A DNA stretch of 64,000 bases. Origin: the human T2T-CHM13v2.0 reference genome, Homo sapiens. The position numbers and the translations under genes are program-made. The notes under the pieces were generated by a model. The model was not told the DNA's origin and ran no database searches. It was given only the letters and a program-made list of their open reading frames with translations. Positions 17,333 through 31,716 of the stretch are shown piece after piece; within the stretch, counting starts at the first letter, position 1, and each line of letters opens with the position of its first letter. Where the stretch lies: NCBI RefSeq assembly GCF_009914755.1, contig NC_060938.1, one strand, 5' to 3'.

Positions 17333-17553
17333 CTCTCCCGGTCGCGGCCGTCGAAGTAGACGAAATCGCCGCTCTGAACGCATTTGGCGCAGGTCAGCCG
17401 CCGGCGGGTAGTGTTGCACAGCGGGCAGCGCTCCACAGCCACGTACAGCCCCTCCGCATCGTCCACGGAGTCCACCAGGTCCCGGGCGAGCGGCCGGGGC
17501 CCGCAGCCAGGAGCCTCCAGCGCCCGGGCTCCCTTCCCACTGGGAGACGCCAT
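17333..17553 (-). CDS. ATG14: ATG14 (Barkor/ATG14L, PI3KC3-C1 subunit) coding exon 1
   Basis: [18 protein letters not shown]...CPLC...CAKC...DGRDRE with the N-terminal cysteine pairs; good Kozak gccatcATGg; donor AG|gtacgg; 221 nt. Confidence 0.97.
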
Positions 17554-17574
17554 GATGGCCTGAGAGGAGAGCCA

Positions 17575-17584
17575 GTCACGTGGG
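17575..17584. promoter_or_regulatory. CLEAR/E-box motif GTCACGTGgg just upstream of the ATG14 ATG
   Basis: Matches 8/10 of the TFEB CLEAR consensus GTCACGTGAC; a second TCACGTG is at 18196. Confidence 0.7.
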
Positions 17585-19199
17585 ATTTTGTTTTCAACCG
17601 GGTGCATTCTGGGCCAGGAGGAGGGGCCTGGGGAAGGGGGGCTGGGATCCCGGCGAGCCCCCGGACCCCTCCGCCGCCGCGTGTTCCTGTCCCGGGCACT
17701 GTTGTTTTTCCGGTCTGCTGAGGGGCAACAGGTCCCGAAGCAGGGGGAGAGTTATATTAGAGGGGCTAGTCGGCCAAACAAAATGTCATCTGCTGGCTCA
17801 GGCCAAGACTACGAGTTAAAGCCTCAAACTTGTGCAGAAAATTGTAATACCATACCCTAAGGATTCTGGGAAAACGGAATGGGAGCGGAATAAGGGAATT
17901 TAACTTGCTGTGGATGCTTTAAAATCTGGCTAAACTACAGCAAACAAAGTAGGGTGAAGGGGCTGGGTCTTGGAACTAGGTTGAATTTTGGCTCACTCAC
18001 CTGCTTAATAGCTGTGTGACTTGGGGCAAGTTCCTTAATCTCTCTGCGCCTGTTCTCTCGTGTTAAATGGATAGAATTATAGTACCCATCTAATGCCGTG
18101 AGGATTAATATGGTTAATAGTATTATACTTTACCAATAGTGAAAACAACCAAAGTGAACGTGCAAAATCAGAATTGTATCCTTCTGAAAAGTTAATCACG
18201 TGGCTAACGTACCTTCCCTACCCTGGGCCATGCTCTAAGAGAATTTGAACTAGGTAGATGGTTAGGACTTCCCTTCAAGTTTCTTTTGGTGGATAGGGGA
18301 TATATAAGGTGATGTGTTGGGAGGATCATATCAGAGTAATTAGTGTTTGAATATGCCTCTAAACTACAGAGAAAAGTGAGTTTATAGGTGAGATTAAATA
18401 GACCAGTGATTCTCAAGGATGATTTTACTAGGCTATCTACTGATAAACTGCCCTGAATTCTCTCTCTAGCCAGGATTCCTTTCTCAAGTTCCATACCCAA
18501 AGATCCAGAACTACTTACTAGGTATCAGGTGACATTCCAGGACACCACAAACTCAAAGTGTTGGAAACTGACTTCTGCCTCCCTACAAACCTGTTTTCTT
18601 ACTTTGGTAAAGGACGTAATCACTGATGATTTACAGCCAAGAGCCATGATTCATATTAGCCCGTCCCTCCCTGTTAATCTCCACATCACCATCGAAAACT
18701 GGTGATTCTACAAGCTAATTAGGTCTTGAATCTGAGCCCTTTGCTCCTCCGTCTTCTTAATCTTACCCAGTCTTTTTAAATACAAATCACGTAGGATTAC
18801 AAAAACAAGCAAAAGCAAAAATTCTCTATATTCAGAATACAGTTTACACTAAACTTGAATGGTTCCTGAAAGTTTAAGATTTATTTTTAAGTGAGAAGTC
18901 TTTCTCTCTGATCATTTCAAACAAAAGGATTATTTTTTAAGGTCTCGGGCTTATGTTTCATTTGTATTCAGACAGGATCCTTCACAGTGCTTAATACCTA
19001 ATGATCAGGATCAACTGTTCAATATTTTAAAAGGCAAAAAATACACATTAATTCCTATCGTGCTAGATGATATCACAGATAGTATCTAGCTTATGCAGTT
19101 ATTTGAAACTCCTATATGTTGCTATATATTTTCAGAGAACGCATATTAATGTATTACTTAACAGCAGAGCACTGAGGTTTTTGGATACAAAATGTAGTT

Positions 19200-19833
19200 T
19201 AAATATTTCTTTAAGGGGAGGGGGCGGCGCCACACTTCTCAATGAAGAGAAACATTTGTACAGTTCAGAATTTTTTTTGACACCTATTATGCCATGAACT
19301 CATAGGGAATAGGTTCCAGCAGCCCAGGCTCCCTCCATTGGTTCTAAGTGCTTGTCTGGGTGGAGCAGGCTGGCGCTTCAGTTGAACTCAGACACCTCTC
19401 CCTTTGACGTCTTTTTCTGATTATTTACCTTCACGCGTTTCAGGAAACTTACTTGGCTCTTAGAGTGCCAAGGCCCAGGCAGATGGATCAACTGAGGTCA
19501 GGAGTTCAAGACCAGCCTGGCTCAGTAAGCACATTCATTCTCTTGGCAAAAATCTTGCCCTTGTTTACAATGCCAACAGCATGCTGGGTAACACTGTAGA
19601 CTCTTCCAGCTTTGCTGTGGTAACATTTGCGGAGCACTCCTTTTTGAAAAGCAGCCATTCCCTTGATGTCTACAATATCACCTTTTTCGTAGATTCGCAT
19701 GTATGTGGCCAAAGGAACAACTCCATCTTTTCTAAAAGGCCTAGAGAACATGTATCAGGTGCCTCACCTCTTTCCCTTTGTGTTCGTCATTTTGGCAAAT
19801 TACTGGAAGATGGCCCTTCCGGCTAAAAGGAAA
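19200..19833 (-). pseudogene. Processed RPL21 pseudogene
   Basis: 5'UTR plus ATG at 19790 (MTNTKGKR), [28 protein letters not shown], ending near TAA TAG at ~19285; disrupted; 3' limit approximate. Confidence 0.93.
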
Positions 19834-19992
19834 CGCATTGAGTCTTCATGATGCTACAATATCATTCTAGTGAGACCCTAAATCTCTCAAATTTTGAAAT
19901 GTTTACTTGTTCAGTTTTTAAAATAACACAAAAGGAGTCATTTTGAATAAGAATTTTTCTTCGTTTCTTAGGTTACTTACACAGAGTCGCCC

Positions 19993-19998
19993 TTTAAT
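19993..19998 (-). terminator. Probable TBPL2 polyadenylation signal (ATTAAA)
   Basis: First hexamer, about 110 nt after the stop codon; variant signal rather than AATAAA. Confidence 0.55.
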
Positions 19999-20109
19999 AA
20001 GTAACGTACTTGTAACATCTACAATTAAACGTAGAAGAATCCAGCTGTTTCTGTGCTGGGCTTATGGACATATTCAAACCAGAATAATGTGAGATGCTGA
20101 ATGATATGC

Positions 20110-20186
20110 TCAGGCTTTTTTAAAACCTTTTAGAATAGGATAGATGTTTTCAAATGCTTCATAGATCTCAGAACGTTCTTTGGCAC
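20110..20186 (-). CDS. TBPL2: TBPL2 last coding exon
   Basis: tttatag|GT GCC...[27 protein letters not shown]; the seven exons total 1128 nt. Confidence 0.97.
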
Positions 20187-21079
20187 CTATAAAGAAATCC
20201 AGGTTTATATAATTTTTAATATAAAAATACCAACATTTACTTAAACACTAAAATTTCATTGTATTGTCTCCAATTACTTTTAATATGACATCTCTTTAGC
20301 TGTACCTGAGAAATGGCATTTATTCCGGGTAAATAATTTGGCAACTACAGCCATATTTCCACAAGACAGAAACCTTAGAGCAGAGTTTTCTAGAACTTCT
20401 CTGTGGGTGTCATCTTTGCTCACACAGTGCTCAGTATGAAATGTGGAATGTTATCTCTACATGTGCCATGAATATGGCCTCAGAGTAATTTCATCAGCAC
20501 CTGCGGGCACTTAGCTACCAGCAAAAGGGACTTCTTTTGATCCACGTCCTCTCTAGTTAACATCTTGATTCCCTAATATTGATAACAGATGGAGACAAAT
20601 GAGCTTTAAATTTGTTTTAAATTTTAGTTTAAAATTCTAAATTTAAAAGAGTTTTAAATTTTAGTGCATGGGAAGGGATTATTAGAGGGGAAAACTGTAC
20701 TACTGTCACTCGTAAAGTCTTGTTTCAAGAAATTGTAAATCATAACTGCTGTAGGAATTACAGGGATAAAAACATGAATCAAACAGTCTCCACCATTGAG
20801 AAGTATTAGTCCCTACTCATCTCTCACCAACAACCAAACACCACCATTACCTCCAGCTTCCAAATTATGCAGGCACGTTGTGCTAAGGGTCATGTACTTG
20901 TACTACTTATATTTATATGGAGCTTCAGCTAATCAGGACACTAATCAGTTAATCTGATATTTTGTGGGCTGGAGGCAAGGAAGGAAGAAAGGAGGATAAT
21001 GAAAGGACTATAACAACTGTTAGCATGAAGAGAAATGGAAAATAGCTTTAGTTGATAAAGACTCTTAAGAACTATAAAG

Positions 21080-21990
<911 letters not shown>

Positions 21991-22024
21991 TTAAACAATC
22001 AGGGATGAAGTCCTTATAAGCTTA

Positions 22025-22207
<183 letters not shown>

Positions 22208-22676
22208 TTATTTATTCATTGCCAAAAAGTTTACTATCTGTAGGTCTTCACCTTCAAAGATTTGCGGTGGGGAGGAGAGTGAGTTACTGACACACATAAG
22301 AGAAACTGGTTCTTTGGGGTAGAAAAAGCCACAAGTTTCAGCAGATTTTTAGTTCCAGCTCTAAAATTTTGGTTTCTACAAAACCAAACTCTTTAGAAAC
22401 TAAACAGTGAGTTGGTGAAGAAGCAAGAACCACTGCCTCTGGTTTGATGGACTTTTTGGGCTTCTAGCTGCATTCGTCTTGAACAACCTTGTTAGCAGAC
22501 AATGAAGCATAATAGGTACAGCAAACACACACATGCCCCTCTCCCAAAATCCCCAAAACCAAGGTTCTTCTTTTCATATTTAATTGAGGAACAGTGTCCA
22601 GGTCCAGTATTTTGGACAGCCATGAACTTCACTCATTTTCCATAACACTTTTATATTAAAAAATCCTAACTAGGAG

Positions 22677-22715
22677 GTGGTATAGCTCAGGAGTAGAGCA
22701 TTGGACTTCAGACCG
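22677..22715 (+). pseudogene. 5'-half tRNA-Cys retropseudogene (tailless)
   Basis: gtggtatagctcaggagtagagcattggacttcagac resembles GGGGGTATAGCTCAGGGGTAGAGCATTTGACTGCAGATC; 17-bp flanking direct repeats. Confidence 0.8.
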
Positions 22716-23122
22716 AAAATCATAACTAAGAGCATTGCATTCAAGCTCAAGGAGTATACCATCTGGAGGCCCCTGGGGGGCGCCCTTTCCCAAGAGGGAA
22801 TGGACATTTGAGGGATCATTATATCATAGAGAAACGATTTTAGACATAGGAGGACTTTAGGGAAATTAGTACAATTTCTTCATTTCATAAAGGCATAAGA
22901 AACAGATGTTACCTGAACCATACAGCAGCAGCTGTGGGAGAAGAGTGCGTGTAACCGGTGTTCCTTCCTTTACACCAAAAGTCAACAAATCAACATTGCC
23001 AGTATTTGTAACAGGTTGTTAAAATGAGGGGATTTGGTCAATTTAGTCAAACATTTCCTCACTAAAATATTGCCATCAAAAGTTTAAGGGAACCTAAATT
23101 GGCTCCATAGTCCTATTAATAA

Positions 23123-23554
<432 letters not shown>

Positions 23555-25784
23555 TAAGGTGAAAATTGTGTGGCCTGGTGCACTAGAGAAAGGACTGGCT
23601 TTGAGATCAAACAATATGGGCTTAAGTGCCAGCTCTACCTCTAACTAGCTTTAAAATAACAGGAAAATAAATTACTTAACCACTTTCAGTTTTCTTACTT
23701 GTAAAATAAGGACAATAAACCTTCTTGTAGAGTTGTGATAAAGGATGTGAGCTAAGGTTTGTAGAAAGTTGGGACATTTTATAAAATCTAAGCCATTTTA
23801 TTACCCTAGAGGAATATACTTCCAGCTTAGGGACATTGGCATGGCTAGTCCAAGTACACATGGCTTATCATTTCATTCTGATAAGCCAGCAACATGTAAT
23901 TTATTTATGTCTGTCTCCCTCAGCAGGGCTGGATTCCTGCCAGATGGGGAGTATATTAGATTCACCTTTGTCCCCAGCCCCCAGCACATTACAAGTACTT
24001 GGTAGGCACCCAAAATTTATTAAATATCTGTAATTTGTTGATAAGGTTTATAAGTTCATCCCTACCCCTTAGTCAGCTCCAAATATCAACCTCCAATACT
24101 ACGTGGATTTTCCAGTTCTGTTCTTACATCAAGTCATAACTGCACATATTTTCCCGAGTGATGCCACAGTCGTGTGTGTATAAGTCAAAACCTTACAAGT
24201 TTGTAAAAATAGCATTGCACCGCTCAAGTTATTCATTTTATGACATATACCAATTTACTATTAGTTGGGGGTTACTGTTAACAATTGGGAGGCACATCCT
24301 GTCGTGTCTCTGGCCCACTCACTAACAAGTCTTGGCATTTTTCTGCTGCCCTCTGACCTACTCATTTCCGAGAAGCACAGATGTTGAGCTGATTAAGGGT
24401 GACCCTCAGCAACAATGACACAACTTCTTAGTTCTTTATGCTAGAGGGAAATAAATAAATAAGCGTTTTCCTGAAGCATCTTTGTCTTCATATTCCTATC
24501 ATCAGGGCAAGGCATCACAGCAAAATTCCAGTCTTTGTCAATGATAGAGAAAAAACCAGGAGAGTGTGTTTTCACTAAGATAATAATAGCTCAACAGTGC
24601 CAGGCACTGGTTTTCTGCTTCCTTACAACACTTAGGTAGATTCTATGGTCACTTGCATTTTGCATATATGGAAACCAAGTCGGAGAACTTAAACTCACCA
24701 AGGCCACACAGTCAATAAATGGCAGATTATGATTAAAACTGGACAACTCTCCAGTCCATCCTTTTAGCCACTACACCTGCTGACCCTCACTGCTAAGAGA
24801 ATCTTAATCATTCTTTCAGCTGACAAGGAGAATTAAGAAGTTGGCCAGGAGACCACACAGGTGTTATTGTAGACTTGCAAATTGCTGTGGGACAGGGTGA
24901 GCCCAGTGGGCTCTGGAGCCTGGCTCCTCACATGCCTGTTGCCCTGCGGCACACACAGCTGCTTGATATCGTTAAGTTTACTAAGCCGTTCCATTTTACA
25001 GGTGAGGAAACTTAGGTATAAAGTACAACTCACAGAGTTAACCAGACCCCATGTGAAAGTCCTTATGAAGCAGTGTCTGTCATATGAGTGCCCAATATGT
25101 TAACTCTGATGATTATGCCTGATCTTAGAAGTGGAAGTTGACATATTTGCTGTTTGTTATACCCCATTCCAGCAGAACCTAGCTATGCTATTAATTTTAC
25201 TGTGGTTTAAGAAAAAAACATGGGCCCTAAATGTCACACCAGCCACAGAAAACAAGCACAGATCCAGAACAGTGTAAGCTGGGCCCAGGTCCTGTTGCTT
25301 TCTGCTCAGGACCATGACAGTAGAACAGCAGGGCCTCTTTGTTTTCAGCTTACTTGACTATAATTAGGACATTCAGAAGTAACCTTAGACATGGTGGCTG
25401 TAGCTGTGGCAACTCAGGGGAGTAAGACCATTTTATATGGATAAATTATTTTCAAAGACCTGCAAATGGCATGATACAATGGTTTCAAATTGCCACACAT
25501 CTGTACTATGGGCATTGGCATTCTACAGTTCCCAACTAGGCAAGAGCTGGAATTCATTATTTTCTACAGTCAGACTCAAAGTTCATTTGTAATTGCAACA
25601 CTTTACATTTTCTAGGCAAGTTATTTACCATTATTGAGATACTGCTTTCAGAACATCTCTGTAGAGTACCCAGTTGTGCCATGCTGCACTAGGCCACACA
25701 TGAGCTTCCCCAAGCTTCAGTTTAGGGAGGAGCCTGAAAGGAGACCGCCTTGGTTCCTTTCCTGAGGTGTTCACCTGAAATTAG

Positions 25785-26074
<290 letters not shown>

Positions 26075-26508
26075 AGGCCCTTAAGTTTTTAATCCATTTG
26101 CGGGTGAAAAGAGTCTAGAGACACAGGATTAAGTAATAAGGAACATTTGTCTCTAAGGCTGAGGCAAAAATAACCTAAACTGCGTAGCTCTAGGCTAAAT
26201 AGTTTAAGACAGTATAGCATGAACAGGTAAAACGCCAAGAGATGATAATTATTTATCATTTCAGTAGTAAGTCATGGATTAACTTTTACTTCACAGTATA
26301 AGCAGAATTTGGATTTCAGTTAATGTATTTAATCCTCACCTCCAGAAAAGTCCATGTCTTGCAAGAAATTTAAATTTGCCTATTCTGTATACTTAGAAAT
26401 TTTAAGGGAAGTGTACTGTATAGTCTTCAGTATTTAGTAACAATCCTTTACTTCTGTGATTTGAAACTGGCAAATGTGTAAATGAAAGCTTTTTAAAAGA
26501 AATTTGGG

Positions 26509-26869
<361 letters not shown>

Positions 26870-27194
26870 CTATAATAGGAACTTTGCCTGTATTTGGCAA
26901 TTTGCACTTTTAATAAGATTTATTTGTAATGATACATGGCACTTATGAAAGTTTCCTTCCAAAGGACTTGAAAGTGTGTTTCCCTAAGTAGGGTATGTAT
27001 TTGCCTCTGATATCTACACTATTCAATTTTATTGGCAGGCTTTTCTCACTTCCTCTAGGACATGTAGAGGTAAACTTTATGTCAGTCACTAGGGGGTCTT
27101 AATTACTCCAGACTCTAAATTAGTGCCATCTGAGGAATTGTAGTTTTGCTGCATTCAAAACGTTCTTGGATTCCAAACAAGCTTTCCCCACTTT

Positions 27195-27507
<313 letters not shown>

Positions 27508-28037
27508 TGAAGACACATTAATTATTTCTTAAAGAAAAGCAAACTATACAACTCAGAGTTATAAAAGAACACTTAAAACAGACATGTCATTTTGCTGGAT
27601 GCTGAGTTATGACTTAATCAACTTTTCTGAATTCAGGTAATATAAAAGTCTCAATTTTTTTAGATGAGGCAAGATTTTATAAAATTCTAGTTTGGAGGAA
27701 TATACATTTAAGAGAGGCTAAGAAATATAAAAATTAAAGTAATGAGGGGAAATTGGCCTTATTAGATATACCATGAGTATTAAAGCTACAATAAGATAAA
27801 GGCAATAGGATTATAATAGGATAAACCTAGAGCAAAGGCAGAACCGAAGAACAGCCACATATGTAAAAGAAAGGTCAAAAGGAGTCATCCAAAATTAATG
27901 AGAAGATATGTAGCGTTAAGTTGGTTGGCTAGCTATTTGGGACTGGGGCATGGAGATCAGTTTGGCTCAGGCCACATAAACTTGGCATTCATTATGGTAG
28001 AGGAGAGTGAAATGTATAAAAAGACAAAAGTAGACTA

Positions 28038-28610
28038 CGCGATCTCAGCTCACTGCAACCTCCACCTCCTAGGTTCAAGCGATTCTCCTGCCTCAGCCTC
28101 CTGAGTAGCTGGGATTACAGGCGCTTGCCACTATGCCCAGCTAATTTTTTTTTTGTATTTTTAGTAGAGACAGGGTTTCACCATGTTGGCCAGGCTCATC
28201 TTGAACTCCTGACCTCATAATTCGCCTGCCTCGGCCTCCCGAAGTGCTAGGATTACAGGCGTGAGCCACCGCGCCCGGTCATAAAATAGCAACTTTCTGT
28301 AGGTGGGGCACAGTGGCTCACACCTGTAGTCCCAGCACTTTGAGAGGCCAAGGCAGGTAGATCACTTGAGGCCAGAGGTTCGAGACCAGCCTAGCCAATT
28401 TGGCAAAACCCCATCTCTTCGAAAAATACAAAACATTAGCTGGGCATGGTGGCATGTGCCTGTAGTCTCAGCTACTCAGGAGGCCGAGGCAGGAGAATCA
28501 CTTGAACGCTGGAGGTGGAGGTTGCAGTGAGCTGAGATCGCGCCGCCATAGTCCAGCCTGGGCAACAGAGTGAGACTCTGTCTCAAAAACAAAAACAAAC
28601 AAACAAACAA
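28038..28610. mobile_element. Head-to-head Alu pair (minus 28038-28280, plus ~28302-28610)
   Basis: Alu consensus on opposite strands, about 20 bp apart. Confidence 0.88.
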
Positions 28611-29264
28611 CAATATATATAGCAACCTTCTGTAGAATGACATAGAAAAGAGTCTGAACCATTCCCTCAAGTAGTTTTAAAAAGTGCTATTTATGCAAAA
28701 ATTATTTAAAAAAAAGCCAACAGGAAAAAATAACAAATATAGCAAAGAATAATTTGTCTTTAATAGTATTATAGTAAACTCAAATCCCGAGAAAATACAA
28801 GCTAAGTAGACAAAAGGATAAGTTATGTCATGTACATATTATTTACAAGAGACAAAATGCTATTTATTGGATGTGTTGAAAAATGGTCGATTTCTGTCTC
28901 TGATTACCGGTGGGGTTAAAGTAGTGAGATAATTTTTACATATACAGTTAAAGTTTTCTTTGGTACCATTTTGTTTGGAATGCTGCCAAGCATTTGGTAA
29001 AAGATATTTAGATACATTGCATTTAAGACCATGTGATACAGAACTATGTCATATATCCCTTTAAAACAATTGGGCGATTTGTTCTAAGAACAAAATGGAC
29101 ATAGCCTTAAACGAAAGTCCCATTTCTGAGTGTCCACACTAATATCATAATTGTCTACAGGTAAAAGCAGCCAAATGTCTGCCCTTCATAAGTAGCAAAC
29201 AAAGAAGGAACATTTACCTATCTAGCAATGGGACAATACGTTTGATTCAATAACATGTTAGAAT

Positions 29265-29565
29265 GGGTTCAGCAAAGGTAGGTCTGCTGGCTAAAGCCAT
29301 CCTGCTGCCTGATTTTGTTAGCCTATGAGCTAAGAATGGTTTTTATCTTTTTCAGCAGTTGGGGAAAAAATATTACATAACACACATAAATTATGTCACG
29401 ATATGAAATTCACATTTCAGAGCCCATTCCTTTATATAATGTAACATTCAGAGCTGCTTTCACACTACGATGGCAGTGCTCAGTAATTGTGACAGACCCT
29501 GTGGCTCACAAAGCTTAAAATATTTAGTATTTGGCCCTTTCCAGAAAAGAGTTTGTTAACCCCTG
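29265..29565. mobile_element. MER58-like DNA transposon
   Basis: gagctaagaatggttttta..tatttggccctt..gtttg. Confidence 0.65.
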
Positions 29566-29890
29566 TGTTAGGACCTTGTGTGGCCATTAAAAGCCTTTAT
29601 GAAGAGTTTGTAACAGTAAGTTTAAGCCATATATGTTATCATGGATAATTCTGTAAAAAAATCAGGATGTAAAGATGAAATACTTAATAAAATGACATAA
29701 AAACATGAAAAAAATGTTGTTTTAGGTACTGGGACCTATGGGTGATGTTATTCCTTTCTTATTTTTCATTCCAGGTATTCTGTATAACAAGAATTACTTT
29801 ACCATGGTGAACAAAGGTATTTAAAAGAATAAGCAAAGCACATGCATAGCAATTACATTTTATGAGTCAGAAAATAATCTTAGCACTTAC

Positions 29891-29985
29891 CTGTCAACAC
29901 AACTTTTCCAGATACAAAGATAAGCAACACAATTCGTGGTTTTACCATTCTATAAATAAGACCAGGAAACAGTTCAGGCTCGTAA
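29891..29985 (-). CDS. TBPL2: TBPL2 coding exon 6
   Basis: [32 protein letters not shown](G); aacag| and |gtaagt; 95 nt. Confidence 0.97.
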
Positions 29986-31716
29986 CTGTTAAGATGTAAA
30001 AGGAAAATGTTAAAAATAGCACTATTCAGCTCCTTTCCCATAACATGTAAGGCCCAGTATATTAAAGTGCATATTAAAGCAGTTGTAAATAAGTTAGCTA
30101 TTTTATCAAAAACTTTTTAACTATCTTGATGAAGAGTCTTGAGTGTCCTAGGTAATATCTTATGGAAGTTAGGAACATAATTAATTTTGGGTCATAACAC
30201 AAGTGCAAGCTATCCTGGATGGTTATTAGAAATCAAGGTAACTTAGGGCATCTGATTTAGTGTATTGAGAGCTTGTTGGTTAAACATCCTCTATCTTTTC
30301 AAAAAAGTCTGTTAATAAGAATACATAATCATGTTTTTCTGGGTTTCCAAATTCTCCAATAATAAACATATTTTGTATGCTTTTACGAACTGCTGAAGTT
30401 AACATTTTTAGCAGATAGAACCTAAAAATATTTCTAGGCCACTGCTATTTGTATTTGAACAGGTGCTATATAAATAAAGAAAATCCAATTATCCCGAGTT
30501 TTTACAATTCAGGATTTGTTGCTATAAATAGTAACTCATATTTACTACTAAATATAAGCTGGCCACTCCATGGAGCGAAAGATGATAGCACTTAAGAGCT
30601 TCTTCTCCACACTCCAGCCTGGAGAGGAGGGCAGATTCTTAGAAAGGCTTGAGGAACCTACCAAAAAGAAGTCAGGAAGTGAGAGGAGGTGAATAAAACT
30701 ATTCTCAAAGCAGTGGCTAATGGACAAGAAATATAAGAAAAAAAGACATCCAAGCAATGGAACACTAGCATCTTTGCACTTAAAGGGTGAATCCAGACTG
30801 CATGGAAAAGCTCCATTCAGTTCAGCAATGAACAAGACCCAAAAACAACAGCAGATGTGGAACCTTTTACTGGCTCCAGAAAGGCGCATCTTGAAGTGAG
30901 TCTTGCCCATCTCAAGTATAGGAGGTCATTGTGGGTGGAACTGTCTTCTGGAACATCACTCTGTCTTACTGCAGGGAGCCTGTCAAGACTTTCTCCCACT
31001 AACCACTTCCCAACACTGGGGAGACCATGACACTAGGGGGAGCCCTGAAAAACCCTCCAGGGCTATGAGATCCAGGCCAAGAAAATGAAGGCTGGAGACA
31101 CAAAAAGAAGATTTCCATTTGATCTTCCAGCTAAATTTTAAGACTTAGAAAAGAGAAAACAAAAACTTTGGTATGTAAATGATATTGAACTGCATTTAGC
31201 TTTTAGAACCATGGTTTTAAGATTACCAGTATAATGTGCTCCCAATTAGGAATATACTTCATTTTATTTATTCTCTGCCTCATTCCAAAAGAAGGCTGAG
31301 GCAGAGAAAGAGAGTGGTTTTGGTTAGGGATGGAGAACATTTCACAAAGATTGAGAATATCGAACACCTGCCAATTTCTTGGCCAACCCAACTTTGACCC
31401 ATCCTTCAAGTCTCATTTTAAATGTTACTTCCCCAAGAAAATCTTCCTTGATCTCTACCCACCCCCAATTACATTAAAGACCCTGCTTTATGGTCTCATA
31501 GCCCCTGAAGGGCCTTACCTTCACAGTCACCATGTTTCATTACTGTCATTGACTTGTCCATCTTTTCTTTTAGACAGTGATCTCTATGTGGGCAAGGGAC
31601 TATAGCTATATTGCTTGCCATTATCATCCTAGCATCTGCTACATGGTAGTCACCTAGATCTTATTCATATAGCAAGTATTTATATCAGGATACCTTTGAA
31701 TTAAAAATTAAAGAGG

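Larger units (their letters stand above)
17090..17830. promoter_or_regulatory. ATG14 CpG-island promoter
   Basis: GC- and CpG-rich stretch spanning exon 1; G-runs at 17616-17646. Confidence 0.88.

Noticed and set aside
17121-17860. Overlapping ORFs around ATG14 exon 1 (and similarly at 46092-46680)
   Set aside because: High GC content suppresses stop codons; antisense or shifted shadows of CpG islands.
19999-20109. Cytoplasmic polyadenylation element in the TBPL2 3'UTR
   Set aside because: No canonical UUUUAU or UUUUAAU; only UUUAAU is present.
22677-22715. Functional tRNA with a TCA (Sec/suppressor) anticodon
   Set aside because: Only a 5' half with no T arm or acceptor 3' strand; TCA is a decayed GCA.
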